The notes: generated by a model not told the origin, from the letters alone. A stretch of DNA of 64,000 nt from an uncultured delta proteobacterium (GCA_963787125.1 CAWBBV010000024.1:1-64000); one strand, 5' to 3'; shown: positions 46,089 through 56,761, counted from the stretch's first letter. Program-made: numbers and translations.

Positions 46089-48071
46089 ATGACACGTGCG
46101 ATGATTATACTGACTCTGCTGCTGACCCTGGGAACGACAGCTTTTGCTGTTGAGACGTCAGGTAAAGCGTTACCTGCGGCATCTCCGGCTGTTGCCGCGC
46201 CGGTTGCACAATCAGCGGCGCTACCGGGATCAACTACTGCAACTGCACCGAATCCGGCTGCTCAACCGGCAGTGAATGCCGCTGCGCCTGCCGCCGCCCC
46301 GAAGCTCAAAACCAACCGGATGATTACTATGAGCATGTTTCTGGTCATCATCGCTTTCACTATGGGGATAGTCGTCTGGGCTGCCAGGCAGACCAAAACA
46401 GCTGCCGACTTCTATACGGCCGGCGGCGGGATAACCGGTTTCCAGAACGGCTGGGCCATCGCCGGTGACTACCTCTCCGCCGCCACCTTCCTCGGCATCA
46501 CCGGCCTGATCTCCATTGCCGGTATGGACGGCTTCATGTATGCGGTCGGGCCGATGGTTACCTTTGTCACCATCCTCCTGGTCATTGCCGAGCCGTGCCG
46601 CAACGCCGGTAAATACACCATGGGAGACATTCTTGCCTTTCGCTCCTCGCCCAAAGTAGTACGCGGTTTTGCCGCCCTTTCCACAGTAACGGTCTCCATA
46701 TTCTACCTTCTGGCCCAGATGGTCGGCGCCGGCAAACTGATGCAGGTACTGCTTGATATCCCCTTCAAGACTTCTGTAGTCGGGGTCGGTTTGCTGATTA
46801 TTGTCTATGTTGGATTTGGCGGTATGAAGGCGACCACCTGGGTGCAGATTATCAAGGCCGGTCTGCTGATGGCCTGCGGCGTCTTTATGTCCGGGATGAT
46901 CATGATCAAGATGGGGCTGAGTCCGGTTCGCTTCTTCGCGGAAATCGCTGCCAGTGTCCCGATTCAGGATTATGTCAGGGGTATTTTGAAACATCCACTT
47001 GCCGAGCAGGGATTTGATTACGGTCAGCGTTTTCTCGAGCCCGGACTGTTCCTCAAGAACCCGATCGACCAGATCTCCCTTGGTCTTGCCTGGCTTTTGG
47101 GTGCAGCCGGTCTGCCGCATATCATGATGCGTTTTTTCACCGTCCCCAACGCCAAGGCCGCCCGCACCAGCGTTATCGTCGCCATGTTTCTGATCGGTTT
47201 CTTCTTTATCATGACGACAATTCTTGGCTTTGGCGCCTCAATCTATCTGACTCCACAGCTGCTCACGGCTGTTGACAAGGGTGGCAATATGTCAGCGCTA
47301 CTGCTGGCCCAGTTTCTCGGTGGCGGCGCCGGTACCATCGGCGGCGACATGTTTCTTGCATTTGTCTGCGCAGTGGCTTTCACTACTATTCTCGCTGTGG
47401 TATCCGGACTGGTGCTGGCCTCCTCTGCGGCAATTTCCCACGATGTCTATGTCAACATCATCAAGGACGGAAAGGCTGATCAGAAGTCTCAGGTTAGAGT
47501 TGCCCGGATAACCTCTTTGGTTGTCGGTATCATCGCTATTATTCTTGGCATTGCCGCCGAGAAGCAAAACATCGTTCATCTGGTCGCTCTTGCCTTTGCC
47601 GTTGCTGCTTCAGGGAATTTTCCGGTTATTATTCTTTCTCTTTTCTGGAAACGCTTTAATACCGCCGGCATTATCTCCGGTCTGACTGTCGGCGCTGTCA
47701 CTGCCATCGGCCTGGTTATGGTTTCACCGAATATGACCTATCCCAAAAAGGTCGCCGCAGATGCCCAGAAAATTGTAACGGTTCTGGAAAAGAAGCAAGC
47801 CGAAGGTGTTGTGCTGGCGGAAAAAGATCTGAAAACTCTGGACAAGGCACGTGGCGACTATGAGAAGAACAAAAACGGTACTTCCATGCTCGGCCTTGAT
47901 GCGCCACTCTTTGCCCTTAAAAACCCTGGCATCATTTCCGTACCGATGGGTTTTCTGGCAGCAATATTCGGTTGCCTCCTTTTCCGTGATCGCCGTGCTG
48001 AAGATATGTTCAACGAGATTTATGTCCGCCAGAATACCGGTCTCGGCATTGCCGAGGCAACTGATCATTGA
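46089..48071 (+). CDS. actP: Cation/acetate (monocarboxylate) symporter
   Basis: DFYTAGGGITGFQNGWAIAGDYLSAATFLG, GGMKATTWVQIIK, GLPHIMMRFFTVP; Ala/Pro-rich N-terminal extension. Confidence 0.92.
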   Translation: MTRAMIILTLLLTLGTTAFAVETSGKALPAASPAVAAPVAQSAALPGSTTATAPNPAAQPAVNAAAPAAAPKLKTNRMITMSMFLVIIAFTMGIVVWAARQTKTAADFYTAGGGITGFQNGWAIAGDYLSAATFLGITGLISIAGMDGFMYAVGPMVTFVTILLVIAEPCRNAGKYTMGDILAFRSSPKVVRGFAALSTVTVSIFYLLAQMVGAGKLMQVLLDIPFKTSVVGVGLLIIVYVGFGGMKATTWVQIIKAGLLMACGVFMSGMIMIKMGLSPVRFFAEIAASVPIQDYVRGILKHPLAEQGFDYGQRFLEPGLFLKNPIDQISLGLAWLLGAAGLPHIMMRFFTVPNAKAARTSVIVAMFLIGFFFIMTTILGFGASIYLTPQLLTAVDKGGNMSALLLAQFLGGGAGTIGGDMFLAFVCAVAFTTILAVVSGLVLASSAAISHDVYVNIIKDGKADQKSQVRVARITSLVVGIIAIILGIAAEKQNIVHLVALAFAVAASGNFPVIILSLFWKRFNTAGIISGLTVGAVTAIGLVMVSPNMTYPKKVAADAQKIVTVLEKKQAEGVVLAEKDLKTLDKARGDYEKNKNGTSMLGLDAPLFALKNPGIISVPMGFLAAIFGCLLFRDRRAEDMFNEIYVRQNTGLGIAEATDH

Positions 48072-48156
48072 AAAGTAGTGGCTTGTTAAAGCTAAGGTTT
48101 ACCTGTGAAAATCAGTCTAATTGTCTGCTGCTATGTCTCCTTTCTTGATTTTGTCA

Positions 48157-48188
48157 GGGCCAACCGACGGGTTGGCCCGGTTTTTTTA
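48157..48188 (+). terminator. Rho-independent terminator after actP
   Basis: gggccaacc-gacg-ggttggccc followed by a T tract. Confidence 0.75.
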
Positions 48189-48326
48189 ACCCAAAAATCT
48201 GCTCTACGAAAACTCATATCTTTCCTCACGTGGCGGTGAATATAGAGAATGTTGCAAGAGCAATATCTTTGCTGGAAAGAAGCATAAATTTTTTCCTCAT
48301 TTTTGTAGAATGTTGTTATTTTATTA

Positions 48327-48356
48327 CTTGACATGGACGTTAAGAAGAAGTAAAAA
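48327..48356 (+). promoter_or_regulatory. Promoter with overlapping 18-bp operator
   Basis: CTTGACATGGACGTTAAG (48327-48344). TTGACA, 17-nt spacer, TAAAAA. Confidence 0.6.
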
Positions 48357-48392
48357 TGTTTTCAAGCATAAATATCGTGAGGAGAAACAACC

Positions 48393-50378
48393 ATGGAAGC
48401 AACGCGAGAAATCTACTGGAACGTCGGTCACGGGGTAGTCTGGGTTATGTACCTCTCCGCATTCGCTGCCATGGGTATCTGCGGCTGGGGGTTCTGGAAA
48501 CGGCTGCCGGTATACCGTCTTGGCAAACCTCTTTCACGTTTTGACCGGATGCCTGAAAGAGTGGTGCTGATGCTTAAAAACATCCTCGGCCAAACCAAGG
48601 TTCTGCGGGTGCTGGATCCGGGCTTTCTTCACGGCCTGTTTTTCTGGGGTTTCGGACTGCTCTTTATCGGTACGCTACTAATTATGGCTCAGGCCGATTT
48701 TACCGCTCCGGTTCTCGGGATAAAATTCTTGAGCGGCACTTTCTATAAACTGTTTTCACTGGTTCTGGACCTGGCCGGTCTGGTCGTCCTCCTGATGCTG
48801 TGTGGTCTTTTCGTGCGGCGTTTTGCCGTCAAGCCGGAAGGGCTCGAGACAATCCGTGACGATTACGTCATGCATGGTCTCCTGTTTGCCATTATTATTA
48901 CCGGGTTTTTGGCTGAAGGTGTCAGGATGGCAGCTACGGAGCTGGTGCAAAACCCTGAATTGGCAAGATTCTCACCTGTTGGCAAGCTGGTGGGACAACT
49001 CTTCCTCGGTCAATCGGCAGCGTCCTTGAGTCTGACCCATAAAATCCTTTGGTGGGTGCATCTCTTTCTTGCCATGGGCTTTATCGCAATCATCCCCTTT
49101 ACCAAGCTGCGCCATATCTTTACTACCAGTGCCAACTACCTTTTCGCTGATCTCGGTCCAAAGGGCGCCATTGCCACGATCAATATGGAAGATGAGACCA
49201 TCGAGCAGTTTGGCGCTGCCCATGTGGCTGATCTGACCTGGAAAGATATTTTTGATGCTGATGCCTGCACCAGCTGCAAGCGTTGTCAGGACCGCTGTCC
49301 CGCCCACGCTACCGGCAAGCCGCTGTCGCCAATGAAGCTGGTGCAGCAGGTTGGTGATATCGCCCGCACAGCTCCTGAAACTGCATTGTGCGAAAAGGTC
49401 AGTGAGGACGTGCTCTGGTCCTGTACTACCTGCCGCGCCTGCCAGGATATCTGTCCGGCAAGCGTTGAGCATGTCAATAAAATCATCGAGATGCGCAGAA
49501 ATCTCTCGCTTATGGAAGGTTCATTCCCCGGGGATGAAGTTCGCACCGCTATCGGCAATATCGAAGTGAACGGTAACCCTTTCGGTCTGGCATACGCTGC
49601 CCGGGGCGAGTGGGCAAGCGATCTGCCGGTCACCGTCATGGAGAGCGGCGCGGAGGTCGACATTCTTTATTTTGTCGGCTGCTATGCTTCCTTTGACAAG
49701 CGTAATCAGGCAATAGCCAAGAACTTTATCACCATTTGTGCAGCTGCCGGAATCAGAGTCGGTATTCTCGGTAAAGAAGAAAAATGCTGCGGCGAGCCGG
49801 CCAGAAAACTCGGCAATGAATACCTTTACCAGACCATGGCCCAGGAAAACATCGAGCTTATCAAAGGCTACGGCGTCAAAAAGATCGTCACTACCTGTCC
49901 CCACTGCTTCAACACTCTTGGGCGCGACTATCAGGATCTCGGGCTGGAGTTGCCGGTCGAGCACTACACTACCTATATAAATAATCTCATCAATGACGGC
50001 AGGCTGAAGCTGACTGCAGAGCCATTTGATTATACCTATCATGACTCCTGTTATCTTGGCCGCTACATGGACATTATTGACGAACCTCGCAATGTCCTCA
50101 ATACAGCCGGTGGTCGCCTCACAGAAATGGACCGCTCCCGCTATGACAGTTTCTGTTGCAGTGCCGGTGGCGGCCGTATTCTGGCTGAAGAGAAAATCGG
50201 CACAAAGATCAGTGAAGTACGGGTCAAAATGGCCCAGGAAACCGGGGCGCCGCTCCTGGTATCAAACTGCCCGTTCTGTCTCACCATGTTTGAAGACGGT
50301 ATCAAGACCGGTGGCGCTGAAGGCGAACTTAGAGTCAGAGATCTGGCAGAAATCGTCGCAGAGCGCATTTCCGCCTAA
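48393..50378 (+). CDS. Membrane Fe-S/CCG oxidoreductase (FadF / ETF:menaquinone oxidoreductase-like), copy 1
   Basis: NarI-like TM domain with His residues, CTSCKRCQDRC, CTTCRACQDIC, and two CCG domains (CCGE, CPHC, HDSCYLGR, CCSAGGG, CPFC). Confidence 0.88.
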   Translation: MEATREIYWNVGHGVVWVMYLSAFAAMGICGWGFWKRLPVYRLGKPLSRFDRMPERVVLMLKNILGQTKVLRVLDPGFLHGLFFWGFGLLFIGTLLIMAQADFTAPVLGIKFLSGTFYKLFSLVLDLAGLVVLLMLCGLFVRRFAVKPEGLETIRDDYVMHGLLFAIIITGFLAEGVRMAATELVQNPELARFSPVGKLVGQLFLGQSAASLSLTHKILWWVHLFLAMGFIAIIPFTKLRHIFTTSANYLFADLGPKGAIATINMEDETIEQFGAAHVADLTWKDIFDADACTSCKRCQDRCPAHATGKPLSPMKLVQQVGDIARTAPETALCEKVSEDVLWSCTTCRACQDICPASVEHVNKIIEMRRNLSLMEGSFPGDEVRTAIGNIEVNGNPFGLAYAARGEWASDLPVTVMESGAEVDILYFVGCYASFDKRNQAIAKNFITICAAAGIRVGILGKEEKCCGEPARKLGNEYLYQTMAQENIELIKGYGVKKIVTTCPHCFNTLGRDYQDLGLELPVEHYTTYINNLINDGRLKLTAEPFDYTYHDSCYLGRYMDIIDEPRNVLNTAGGRLTEMDRSRYDSFCCSAGGGRILAEEKIGTKISEVRVKMAQETGAPLLVSNCPFCLTMFEDGIKTGGAEGELRVRDLAEIVAERISA

Positions 50379-50395
50379 CAATGAGGAGGTAATAG

Positions 50396-51172
50396 ATGAA
50401 ACTGCTGGTATGTATCAAACAGGTTCCTGATCTGGAATCACGCTTTAAACCGAACGCAGAAGGAGTCTGGTACAACGAAACTGATCTTGCCTGGCGTATG
50501 AATGAATATGACGAATACGCAGTGGAGCAGGCTGTGCAGTTGCGGGAAAAACTGGGTGACAGTTGTGAACTGACCGTTCTCTCAATCGGCCCTGATCGTG
50601 TTGTCGAAGCGATTAAAAAGGCGCTTGCCATGGGAGCTGACAAAGCGGTGCACGTCCAGGACCCTGCAGCAGCTGCTAAAGATCCGTGGCAGATTGCTTC
50701 GATTATCGCCACTTATGCCAAAGGTCAGAGTTTTGACATCATCTTCACCGGCATGCAGTCCCAGGATCGCGGCTCAGCACAGGTTGGAGTGGCTGTCGCC
50801 GAAATACTCGGCTTTGCCTCCAGCACGACTCTGGTCGGCTTTGCATACGACAACGGCGTCATAACCGCAAAGCGTGAACTAGAAGGTGGCATCAAGGGTG
50901 TCGTCAAGATGAGTACGCCCGCCCTGGTTACCTGTCAACTGGGACTTAACGTGCCGCGTTACCCGACTCTGCCCAATATTATGAAAGCCAAAAAGAAAGA
51001 GATCATTGCTGTTCCCGTGGCAGACCTGCTTACGGAAGCAACAATTGCTACTACGGTCAGCTTCCATCCGCCGGCTAAAAAGGGTGGCGGGATTGTACTT
51101 GAGGGTGAGGTAGGCAGTCTTGTTGACCAACTGCTGGGGATTCTGAAAGAAAAGACCGCGGTATTGAGATAG
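50396..51172 (+). CDS. etfB: Electron transfer flavoprotein beta subunit
   Basis: VCIKQVPD, MNEYDEYAVEQA, ALAMGAD, PRYPTLPNIMKAKKK. Confidence 0.93.
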   Translation: MKLLVCIKQVPDLESRFKPNAEGVWYNETDLAWRMNEYDEYAVEQAVQLREKLGDSCELTVLSIGPDRVVEAIKKALAMGADKAVHVQDPAAAAKDPWQIASIIATYAKGQSFDIIFTGMQSQDRGSAQVGVAVAEILGFASSTTLVGFAYDNGVITAKRELEGGIKGVVKMSTPALVTCQLGLNVPRYPTLPNIMKAKKKEIIAVPVADLLTEATIATTVSFHPPAKKGGGIVLEGEVGSLVDQLLGILKEKTAVLR

Positions 51173-51181
51173 GAGATCCAT

Positions 51182-52093
51182 ATGAAAGCGCTATTGATAG
51201 GGGAATATAGAGAAGGCAAGCTGCTGGATTCGACCAGTGAGCTGTTCGGTTTTGCAAAACAGTTGGGCGCCGAAACCGCCATGCTGCTGGTGGGGAGCGC
51301 TGCTCAGCTGCCGGCATATTCAGGAACAGTCTACCTGGCTGATGCGACTGTCTGCGGAGAGTACAATCCTGACCTGCACAAACAGCTGATCCTCGAAGCA
51401 ATCACCCAGGAGAACCCTGATTATGTCGTATTTCTGCACACTTCCTACGGTTGGGATCTTGCGCCGCGGGTTGCTGTAGCGCTGAAGAGCGCTCAAGTGT
51501 CAGAGGTTACCGGAATCGTCGCTGGCGGTTTCGAGGTCGGCTGCTGCAATGCCAAGATGCGCCGAACCGTTAAACCTGCCACTGCAAAAGCAGTATTAAC
51601 CATCCAGGCCGGTGCGTTTCCTGCGGAACTCCCTGGCGGTTCTCCACAAGTCAAACCGTTGGCAGTAGCTGCGAGTGGCAAGCTGGAGTTTCTTGGCTAC
51701 GAGCCTGCTGAAAAGAAAGACGTTGACCTGACAAAAGCCGAAATAATTGTTTCTGCCGGGCGCGGTATCGGCAAAAAAGACAATGTCGGACTCATTCAGG
51801 CACTGGCAAAAGCCCTTGGCGGCGAACTGGGGGCCAGTCGCCCGGTTGTCGATGCCGGCTGGGTCGAGCATAGCCATCAGGTCGGCACCACCGGTCAGAC
51901 TGTCTCACCCAAACTGTATGTCGCCTGCGGCATCAGCGGCGCCATTCAGCACCTGGCAGGGATGAAAAAAGCCGACTTTATTGTTGCCATCAACAAGGAC
52001 AAGGATGCGCCGATCGGCGAGATTGCGGATGTATTGGTCGTTGCCGACGTATTGCAGTTTGTCCCGGCTTTCACCGCAAAAATTCAAAAGTAG
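51182..52093 (+). CDS. etfA: Electron transfer flavoprotein alpha subunit
   Basis: VSAGRG, GASRPVVDAGW, QVGTTG, GISGAIQHLAGM, AINKD. Confidence 0.93.
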   Translation: MKALLIGEYREGKLLDSTSELFGFAKQLGAETAMLLVGSAAQLPAYSGTVYLADATVCGEYNPDLHKQLILEAITQENPDYVVFLHTSYGWDLAPRVAVALKSAQVSEVTGIVAGGFEVGCCNAKMRRTVKPATAKAVLTIQAGAFPAELPGGSPQVKPLAVAASGKLEFLGYEPAEKKDVDLTKAEIIVSAGRGIGKKDNVGLIQALAKALGGELGASRPVVDAGWVEHSHQVGTTGQTVSPKLYVACGISGAIQHLAGMKKADFIVAINKDKDAPIGEIADVLVVADVLQFVPAFTAKIQK

Positions 52094-52136
52094 AGAACAG
52101 CAGCCAGCAGATACCAGACAGTTTAAGGAGCCTTAG

Positions 52137-53306
52137 ATGAACATCCACGAATACCAGGCAAAAGCGATTTTGCGTAAATTCGGCGTCAGTGTACCGGACG
52201 GTCACGTCTGCTACAACGGCGCCAGCGCCCGGGAATGGGCCAAACGTCTCGGGGACGGCCCCTGGGTCGTAAAAGCCCAGATCCACGCCGGCGGCCGCGG
52301 CAAAGGTGGCGGGGTCAAACTGGCCCGCACCCCGGAAGAAGTCCGCAACATCGCCCGGGAAATCCTCGGCATGACCCTGCGTACCCACCAGACCGGCCCG
52401 GAAGGCAAACTCGTCACCCGCGTCCTCATCGAAAACGGCTGCAACATCGCCCGTGAACTCTACGTCAGCCTCGTCGTCGACCGCGCCACCTCCAAAGTAG
52501 CCGTCATGGCCTCAACAGAAGGCGGCATGGACATCGAAGAAGTCGCCGCCAGCACCCCCGAAAAGATCTTCACCGAAGTCATCGACCCGTTAGTCGGCCT
52601 CACCTCCTTCCAGTGCCGCAACATCGCCTTCAGTCTTGGCCTCAGCGGTAAAACCATCACCAAAGCCGTCACCCTCCTCCAAGGTCTGTACACCACCTTC
52701 ATCGCCTGTGACTGCTCCATGCTGGAAATCAACCCCCTCGTCGTCACCAAAGAAAACGACCTCCTCGCCCTTGATGCAAAGTTTGGCTTTGACGACAACG
52801 CCCTCTTTCGCCACCACAAAATCGGCGACATGCGCGACTTCGACGAAGAAGACCCCAACGAAATAGAAGCAAGCCAGCACGACCTCTCCTACATTTCCCT
52901 AAGCGGCAACATCGGCTGCCTCGTCAACGGCGCCGGACTCGCCATGGCCACCATGGACATCGTCAAACACTACGGCGGCGACCCGGCCAACTTTCTGGAC
53001 GTCGGGGGTGGGGCCACCATAGAAAGAGTCACCGAAGCCTTCAAACTCATCCTCAGTGACAAAAACGTCAAAGGCATCCTCGTCAACATCTTCGGCGGCA
53101 TCATGAAATGCGACATCATCGCCACCGGCGTCATCGAAGCCGCCAAACAGGTCTCCCTAAGCGTCCCTCTCGTCGTCCGTTTAGAGGGGACCAACGTCGA
53201 AATCGGCAAAAGAATGCTCGCCGAAAGCGGTCTCGACATCGTCGCCGCCGACGGCATGGCCGACGCCGCCCAGAAAATAGTAGCCGCAGTAAAGGGAGGC
53301 AGATAA
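52137..53306 (+). CDS. sucC: Succinyl-CoA synthetase beta subunit
   Basis: [44 protein letters not shown]. Confidence 0.96.
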   Translation: MNIHEYQAKAILRKFGVSVPDGHVCYNGASAREWAKRLGDGPWVVKAQIHAGGRGKGGGVKLARTPEEVRNIAREILGMTLRTHQTGPEGKLVTRVLIENGCNIARELYVSLVVDRATSKVAVMASTEGGMDIEEVAASTPEKIFTEVIDPLVGLTSFQCRNIAFSLGLSGKTITKAVTLLQGLYTTFIACDCSMLEINPLVVTKENDLLALDAKFGFDDNALFRHHKIGDMRDFDEEDPNEIEASQHDLSYISLSGNIGCLVNGAGLAMATMDIVKHYGGDPANFLDVGGGATIERVTEAFKLILSDKNVKGILVNIFGGIMKCDIIATGVIEAAKQVSLSVPLVVRLEGTNVEIGKRMLAESGLDIVAADGMADAAQKIVAAVKGGR

Positions 53307-54178
53307 TGAGCATCCTCGTCAACAAAAACACCCGCGTCATCACCCAGGGGATAACCGGCGCCACCGGCCTCTTTCATGCCCAGGGAGCCCGTGACTACGG
53401 CACCCTCATGGTCGGCGGCGTCACCCCCGGCAAAGGCGGCACGGTCATAGACGGCTTCCCCGTCTTTGACACCGTCAGAGACGCAGTCAGACAGACCGGC
53501 GCCACCGCCAGCGTCATCTACGTACCGCCCCCCTTCGCCGCCGACTCCATCATGGAAGCCGTCGACGCCGGCATCGAACTCGTCTGCTGCATCACCGAAG
53601 GGATCCCCGTCCTCGACATGGTCAAAGTCAAACAGTACATCCAGGGGAAGAACACCAGACTCGTCGGACCCAACTGTCCCGGCGTCATCACCCCCGGCGA
53701 ATGCAAAATCGGCATCATGCCCGGCTACATCCACAAACCGGGCAAAGTCGGCGTCGTCTCCCGGAGCGGCACCTTAACCTACGAAGCCGTCTGGCAGCTC
53801 ACCTGCTTAGGTCTTGGACAATCCACTTGCGTCGGCATCGGCGGTGACCCGGTCAACGGCACCAACCACCTCGACGTCCTCAAAATGTTTGAAGAAGACC
53901 CGAACACCGAAGCCGTCATCATGATCGGCGAAATCGGTGGCACCTCCGAAGAAGAAGGGGCGTACTTCGTCAAAGAACACATGACCAAACCGGTAGCCGC
54001 CTACATCGCCGGCCGCACCGCCCCCCCCGGCAAAAGAATGGGTCATGCCGGCGCCATCATCTCCGGCGGCAAAGGGACAGCGGCAGAAAAAGTCGCCATC
54101 CTGGAAGAGTGCGGTATCAGTGTTGCTGCTTCTCCGGCGGATATGGCCCAGGCGCTGATGAAGATCTATAAACCGTAA
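53306..54178 (+). CDS. sucD: Succinyl-CoA synthetase alpha subunit
   Basis: [45 protein letters not shown] overlap with sucC. Confidence 0.96.
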   Translation: MSILVNKNTRVITQGITGATGLFHAQGARDYGTLMVGGVTPGKGGTVIDGFPVFDTVRDAVRQTGATASVIYVPPPFAADSIMEAVDAGIELVCCITEGIPVLDMVKVKQYIQGKNTRLVGPNCPGVITPGECKIGIMPGYIHKPGKVGVVSRSGTLTYEAVWQLTCLGLGQSTCVGIGGDPVNGTNHLDVLKMFEEDPNTEAVIMIGEIGGTSEEEGAYFVKEHMTKPVAAYIAGRTAPPGKRMGHAGAIISGGKGTAAEKVAILEECGISVAASPADMAQALMKIYKP

Positions 54179-54190
54179 ATGCAGAAAAAC

Positions 54191-54238
54191 AGCAGTCAGT
54201 AGTCAGGGTCAAATGCCTGCAACTGATTACTGACTGCT
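54191..54238. repeat. Inverted heptamer repeats (AGCAGTC/AGTAGTC ... GACTGCT)
   Basis: agcagtcagtagtcag pairs with ctgattactgactgct. Confidence 0.6.
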
Positions 54239-54276
54239 AAATAATTAACAGCTAAAAGTTAAATGAGGACAGGACG

Positions 54277-54468
54277 ATGGGCAAATACAAAGAACATCCC
54301 AAGTACAACGTGGTGTCGATCAGGATCAGTGATGAAGAGAAAGAGATCCTTGACGAAATGAGCAAACAGGACCGTATCAGCATTACCAGCCTGATGAGGA
54401 TGGCTATAAGCAACTATACATCCTTTAGAGCGGTCAGCGCCAATCATGCTAATGCTTCGATCTTATAA
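54277..54468 (+). CDS. HgtR-like ribbon-helix-helix repressor
   Basis: MGKYKEHPKYNVVSIRISDEEK resembles the Geobacter HgtR family N-terminus as recalled; GAGG RBS. Confidence 0.75.
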   Translation: MGKYKEHPKYNVVSIRISDEEKEILDEMSKQDRISITSLMRMAISNYTSFRAVSANHANASIL

Positions 54469-54569
54469 GAGTTGCTGAGTACATACTGCCATGTGTACTC
54501 CTTTCAAAGCCGGGGGAGCCGTCCCCCGGTAGTTTTGCAGACGCTTGAAAATGTCAGGGAGAAGCTTTC

Positions 54570-55382
54570 ATGCTTGTCATATCGTGCATCAAACAGGTAC
54601 CGGATACGACCCAGGTCAAGATTGATCCGGTCACTAATACTCTTATCCGGGACGGGATTCCGTTTATCATCAATCCCTATGACTCTCACGCTCTCGAAGA
54701 GAGTCTGCGGCTTAAAGACCGCTATAACGTCCGGACAGTCGCCCTGTCCATGGGGCCTCCCAACACCGTGGCCACTTTGAAAAAAGCCTGTGCCCTCGGT
54801 GTCGATGAGGCCATTCTTCTCTCAGATCGCTGTTTTGGCGGTGCTGATACCCTGGCGACCAGTAAGGTTCTTTCAGCAGCCATTGAACGTCTCAATAAAG
54901 AGGAACAGGTCGGCATTGTCTTCTGCGGTAAACAGACTATTGATGGCGACACCGCTCAGGTCGGTCCCGGCATCGCTTCGCGTCTCGGTTTCAGCCAGCT
55001 GACCCTGGTTGATAAAATCGAATCGATTGATTTCATCCGTAAATCCATCAGGGTTCGCCGTAAGCTCGAAGGACGCCACGAGATAGTCGAGGCGCCGCTG
55101 CCGGTCATGATAACCGTGGTACGTGAGCTCAATCGTCCCCGTTATCCGGTTGTTGAGAAACGGCTGGAAGCGCAGGATATGGAGATTAAAGTATGGGACA
55201 ATTCCGTGCTCAATCTGGATGTGGAGACCATCGGCCTGAAAGGTTCGCCTACCTGGGTCAGCAAGATATTTTCTCCCGAACGTGATCAGGGGGAAATTAT
55301 CGGCGACGGTCTGCATGACCCTGACGGCACAGTTGGCCTGCTCCTGGATAAACTCACGGCAAAAGACCTGTTGACAGTGTGA
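54570..55382 (+). CDS. etfB: ETF beta subunit, FixA/bifurcating type
   Basis: CIKQVPDT, LSMGPP, DRCFGGADTLAT, GKQTIDGDTAQVGPG, GLKGSPT. Confidence 0.92.
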   Translation: MLVISCIKQVPDTTQVKIDPVTNTLIRDGIPFIINPYDSHALEESLRLKDRYNVRTVALSMGPPNTVATLKKACALGVDEAILLSDRCFGGADTLATSKVLSAAIERLNKEEQVGIVFCGKQTIDGDTAQVGPGIASRLGFSQLTLVDKIESIDFIRKSIRVRRKLEGRHEIVEAPLPVMITVVRELNRPRYPVVEKRLEAQDMEIKVWDNSVLNLDVETIGLKGSPTWVSKIFSPERDQGEIIGDGLHDPDGTVGLLLDKLTAKDLLTV

Positions 55383-55411
55383 CACTAACCTTAATCTGAG
55401 GATGCTGCCCC

Positions 55412-56761
55412 ATGACTGAAGAAAAGAGACCGATTAAAAAGCCCCGTGGTAAAGCCATGTTACTCGCAGGCAAATGTATTGCCTGTGGCGCCCGCTGCCA
55501 GAGCTCCTGTCCGGTCAACTGTATCGAGATGACTGATAGTGGTGAGCCAATTGTTGAAGCTGCCAAGTGTATCGGCTGCCTCAAATGCGTCAAGGTCTGC
55601 CCTGCCCAGGCGATTGAGATGCAGTTCACCCCTGAAGAACAGAAGATCCTTGCCGAACTTGCCCTTATCTCCGGCGGTGAAGCGGTGGAAGAGCTGGACG
55701 AAGAGGGACGGCAGCTGAGGGAGATGCTGGCAAAATACCGCGGAGTCTGGGTCGTAATCGAACAGTTCGAGGGCGTTGTTGCCAAAGTTTCCTGGGAGCT
55801 GCTCGGCACCGGGGCTGATCTGGCAAAAACCCTCGGGGTCGAGCTGACTGCCGTAATTATCGGCTATAACGTCAATCATCTTTGTAGCGAAGCTTTCGAG
55901 CATGGCGCTGACAAAAGTATTCTTCTTGATGCGCAGGTTTATACCAATTACCGCACCCAGCCCTTTTCCGACGCCATCTGCCACCTGATCGAAAAGCATA
56001 AACCTGAAGTCATCCTCATGGGGGCGACAGCTCAAGGCAGAGATCTTGCCGGAGCAGTGGCAACCGTCGTCAAGACAGGGCTGACAGCCGACTGCACCGG
56101 ACTTGGCATCGACGCCGGCCGCAACCTGATGCAGACCCGCCCGGCCTTTGGCGGCAATATCATGGCAACCATCATGTGCGACAAATATCGTCCCCAGATG
56201 GCCACTGTCAGGCCCCATGTCATGCATATGCCCGAACTGCAGCCGGGGCGCAGCGGTGAAATTATTCGCGATGCTTTTGCGCCGCTGGAGAAGAGTGTCC
56301 TGGTGAAAGTTCTGGAGGTGATCAGCGACCGTGACGGCAAGGACCAGGTTGATGTGGCCGCTGCCGAGGTGATCGTCTCCGGTGGTCGCGGCATGATGAA
56401 CAAAGAGAATTTCGCCCTGTTACAGGAGCTGGCAGACGAGCTGGATGGAGTGGTCGGAGCGTCGCGCAGCGCCGTTGATGCCGGCTGGATCTCCCATAGT
56501 CGTCAGGTCGGTCAGACCGGCAAGACAGTCAGACCCAAGATCTACATCGCCTGCGGTATCTCCGGCGCCATTCAGCATATGGTCGGGATGCAGGATTCGG
56601 ATGTTGTTATTGCCATCAACCGTGACCCTGAAGCGCCGATCTTTCAGATCGCTACCTATGGGATTGTCGGTGATCTCTTTCAGGTAATACCGTCCCTCAT
56701 TCGCCAGATCCGCGAACGCAAAGGTAGCAGCGCTGCTCAAGAGCAGAGAAAAGCCGCCTGA
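55412..56761 (+). CDS. etfA: ETF alpha subunit with N-terminal 2x[4Fe-4S] ferredoxin domain
   Basis: CIACGARCQSSCP, CIGCLKCVKVCP, TGLTADCT, RPAFGGNIMATI, QVGQTGKTV, GISGAIQH. Confidence 0.92.
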   Translation: MTEEKRPIKKPRGKAMLLAGKCIACGARCQSSCPVNCIEMTDSGEPIVEAAKCIGCLKCVKVCPAQAIEMQFTPEEQKILAELALISGGEAVEELDEEGRQLREMLAKYRGVWVVIEQFEGVVAKVSWELLGTGADLAKTLGVELTAVIIGYNVNHLCSEAFEHGADKSILLDAQVYTNYRTQPFSDAICHLIEKHKPEVILMGATAQGRDLAGAVATVVKTGLTADCTGLGIDAGRNLMQTRPAFGGNIMATIMCDKYRPQMATVRPHVMHMPELQPGRSGEIIRDAFAPLEKSVLVKVLEVISDRDGKDQVDVAAAEVIVSGGRGMMNKENFALLQELADELDGVVGASRSAVDAGWISHSRQVGQTGKTVRPKIYIACGISGAIQHMVGMQDSDVVIAINRDPEAPIFQIATYGIVGDLFQVIPSLIRQIRERKGSSAAQEQRKAA

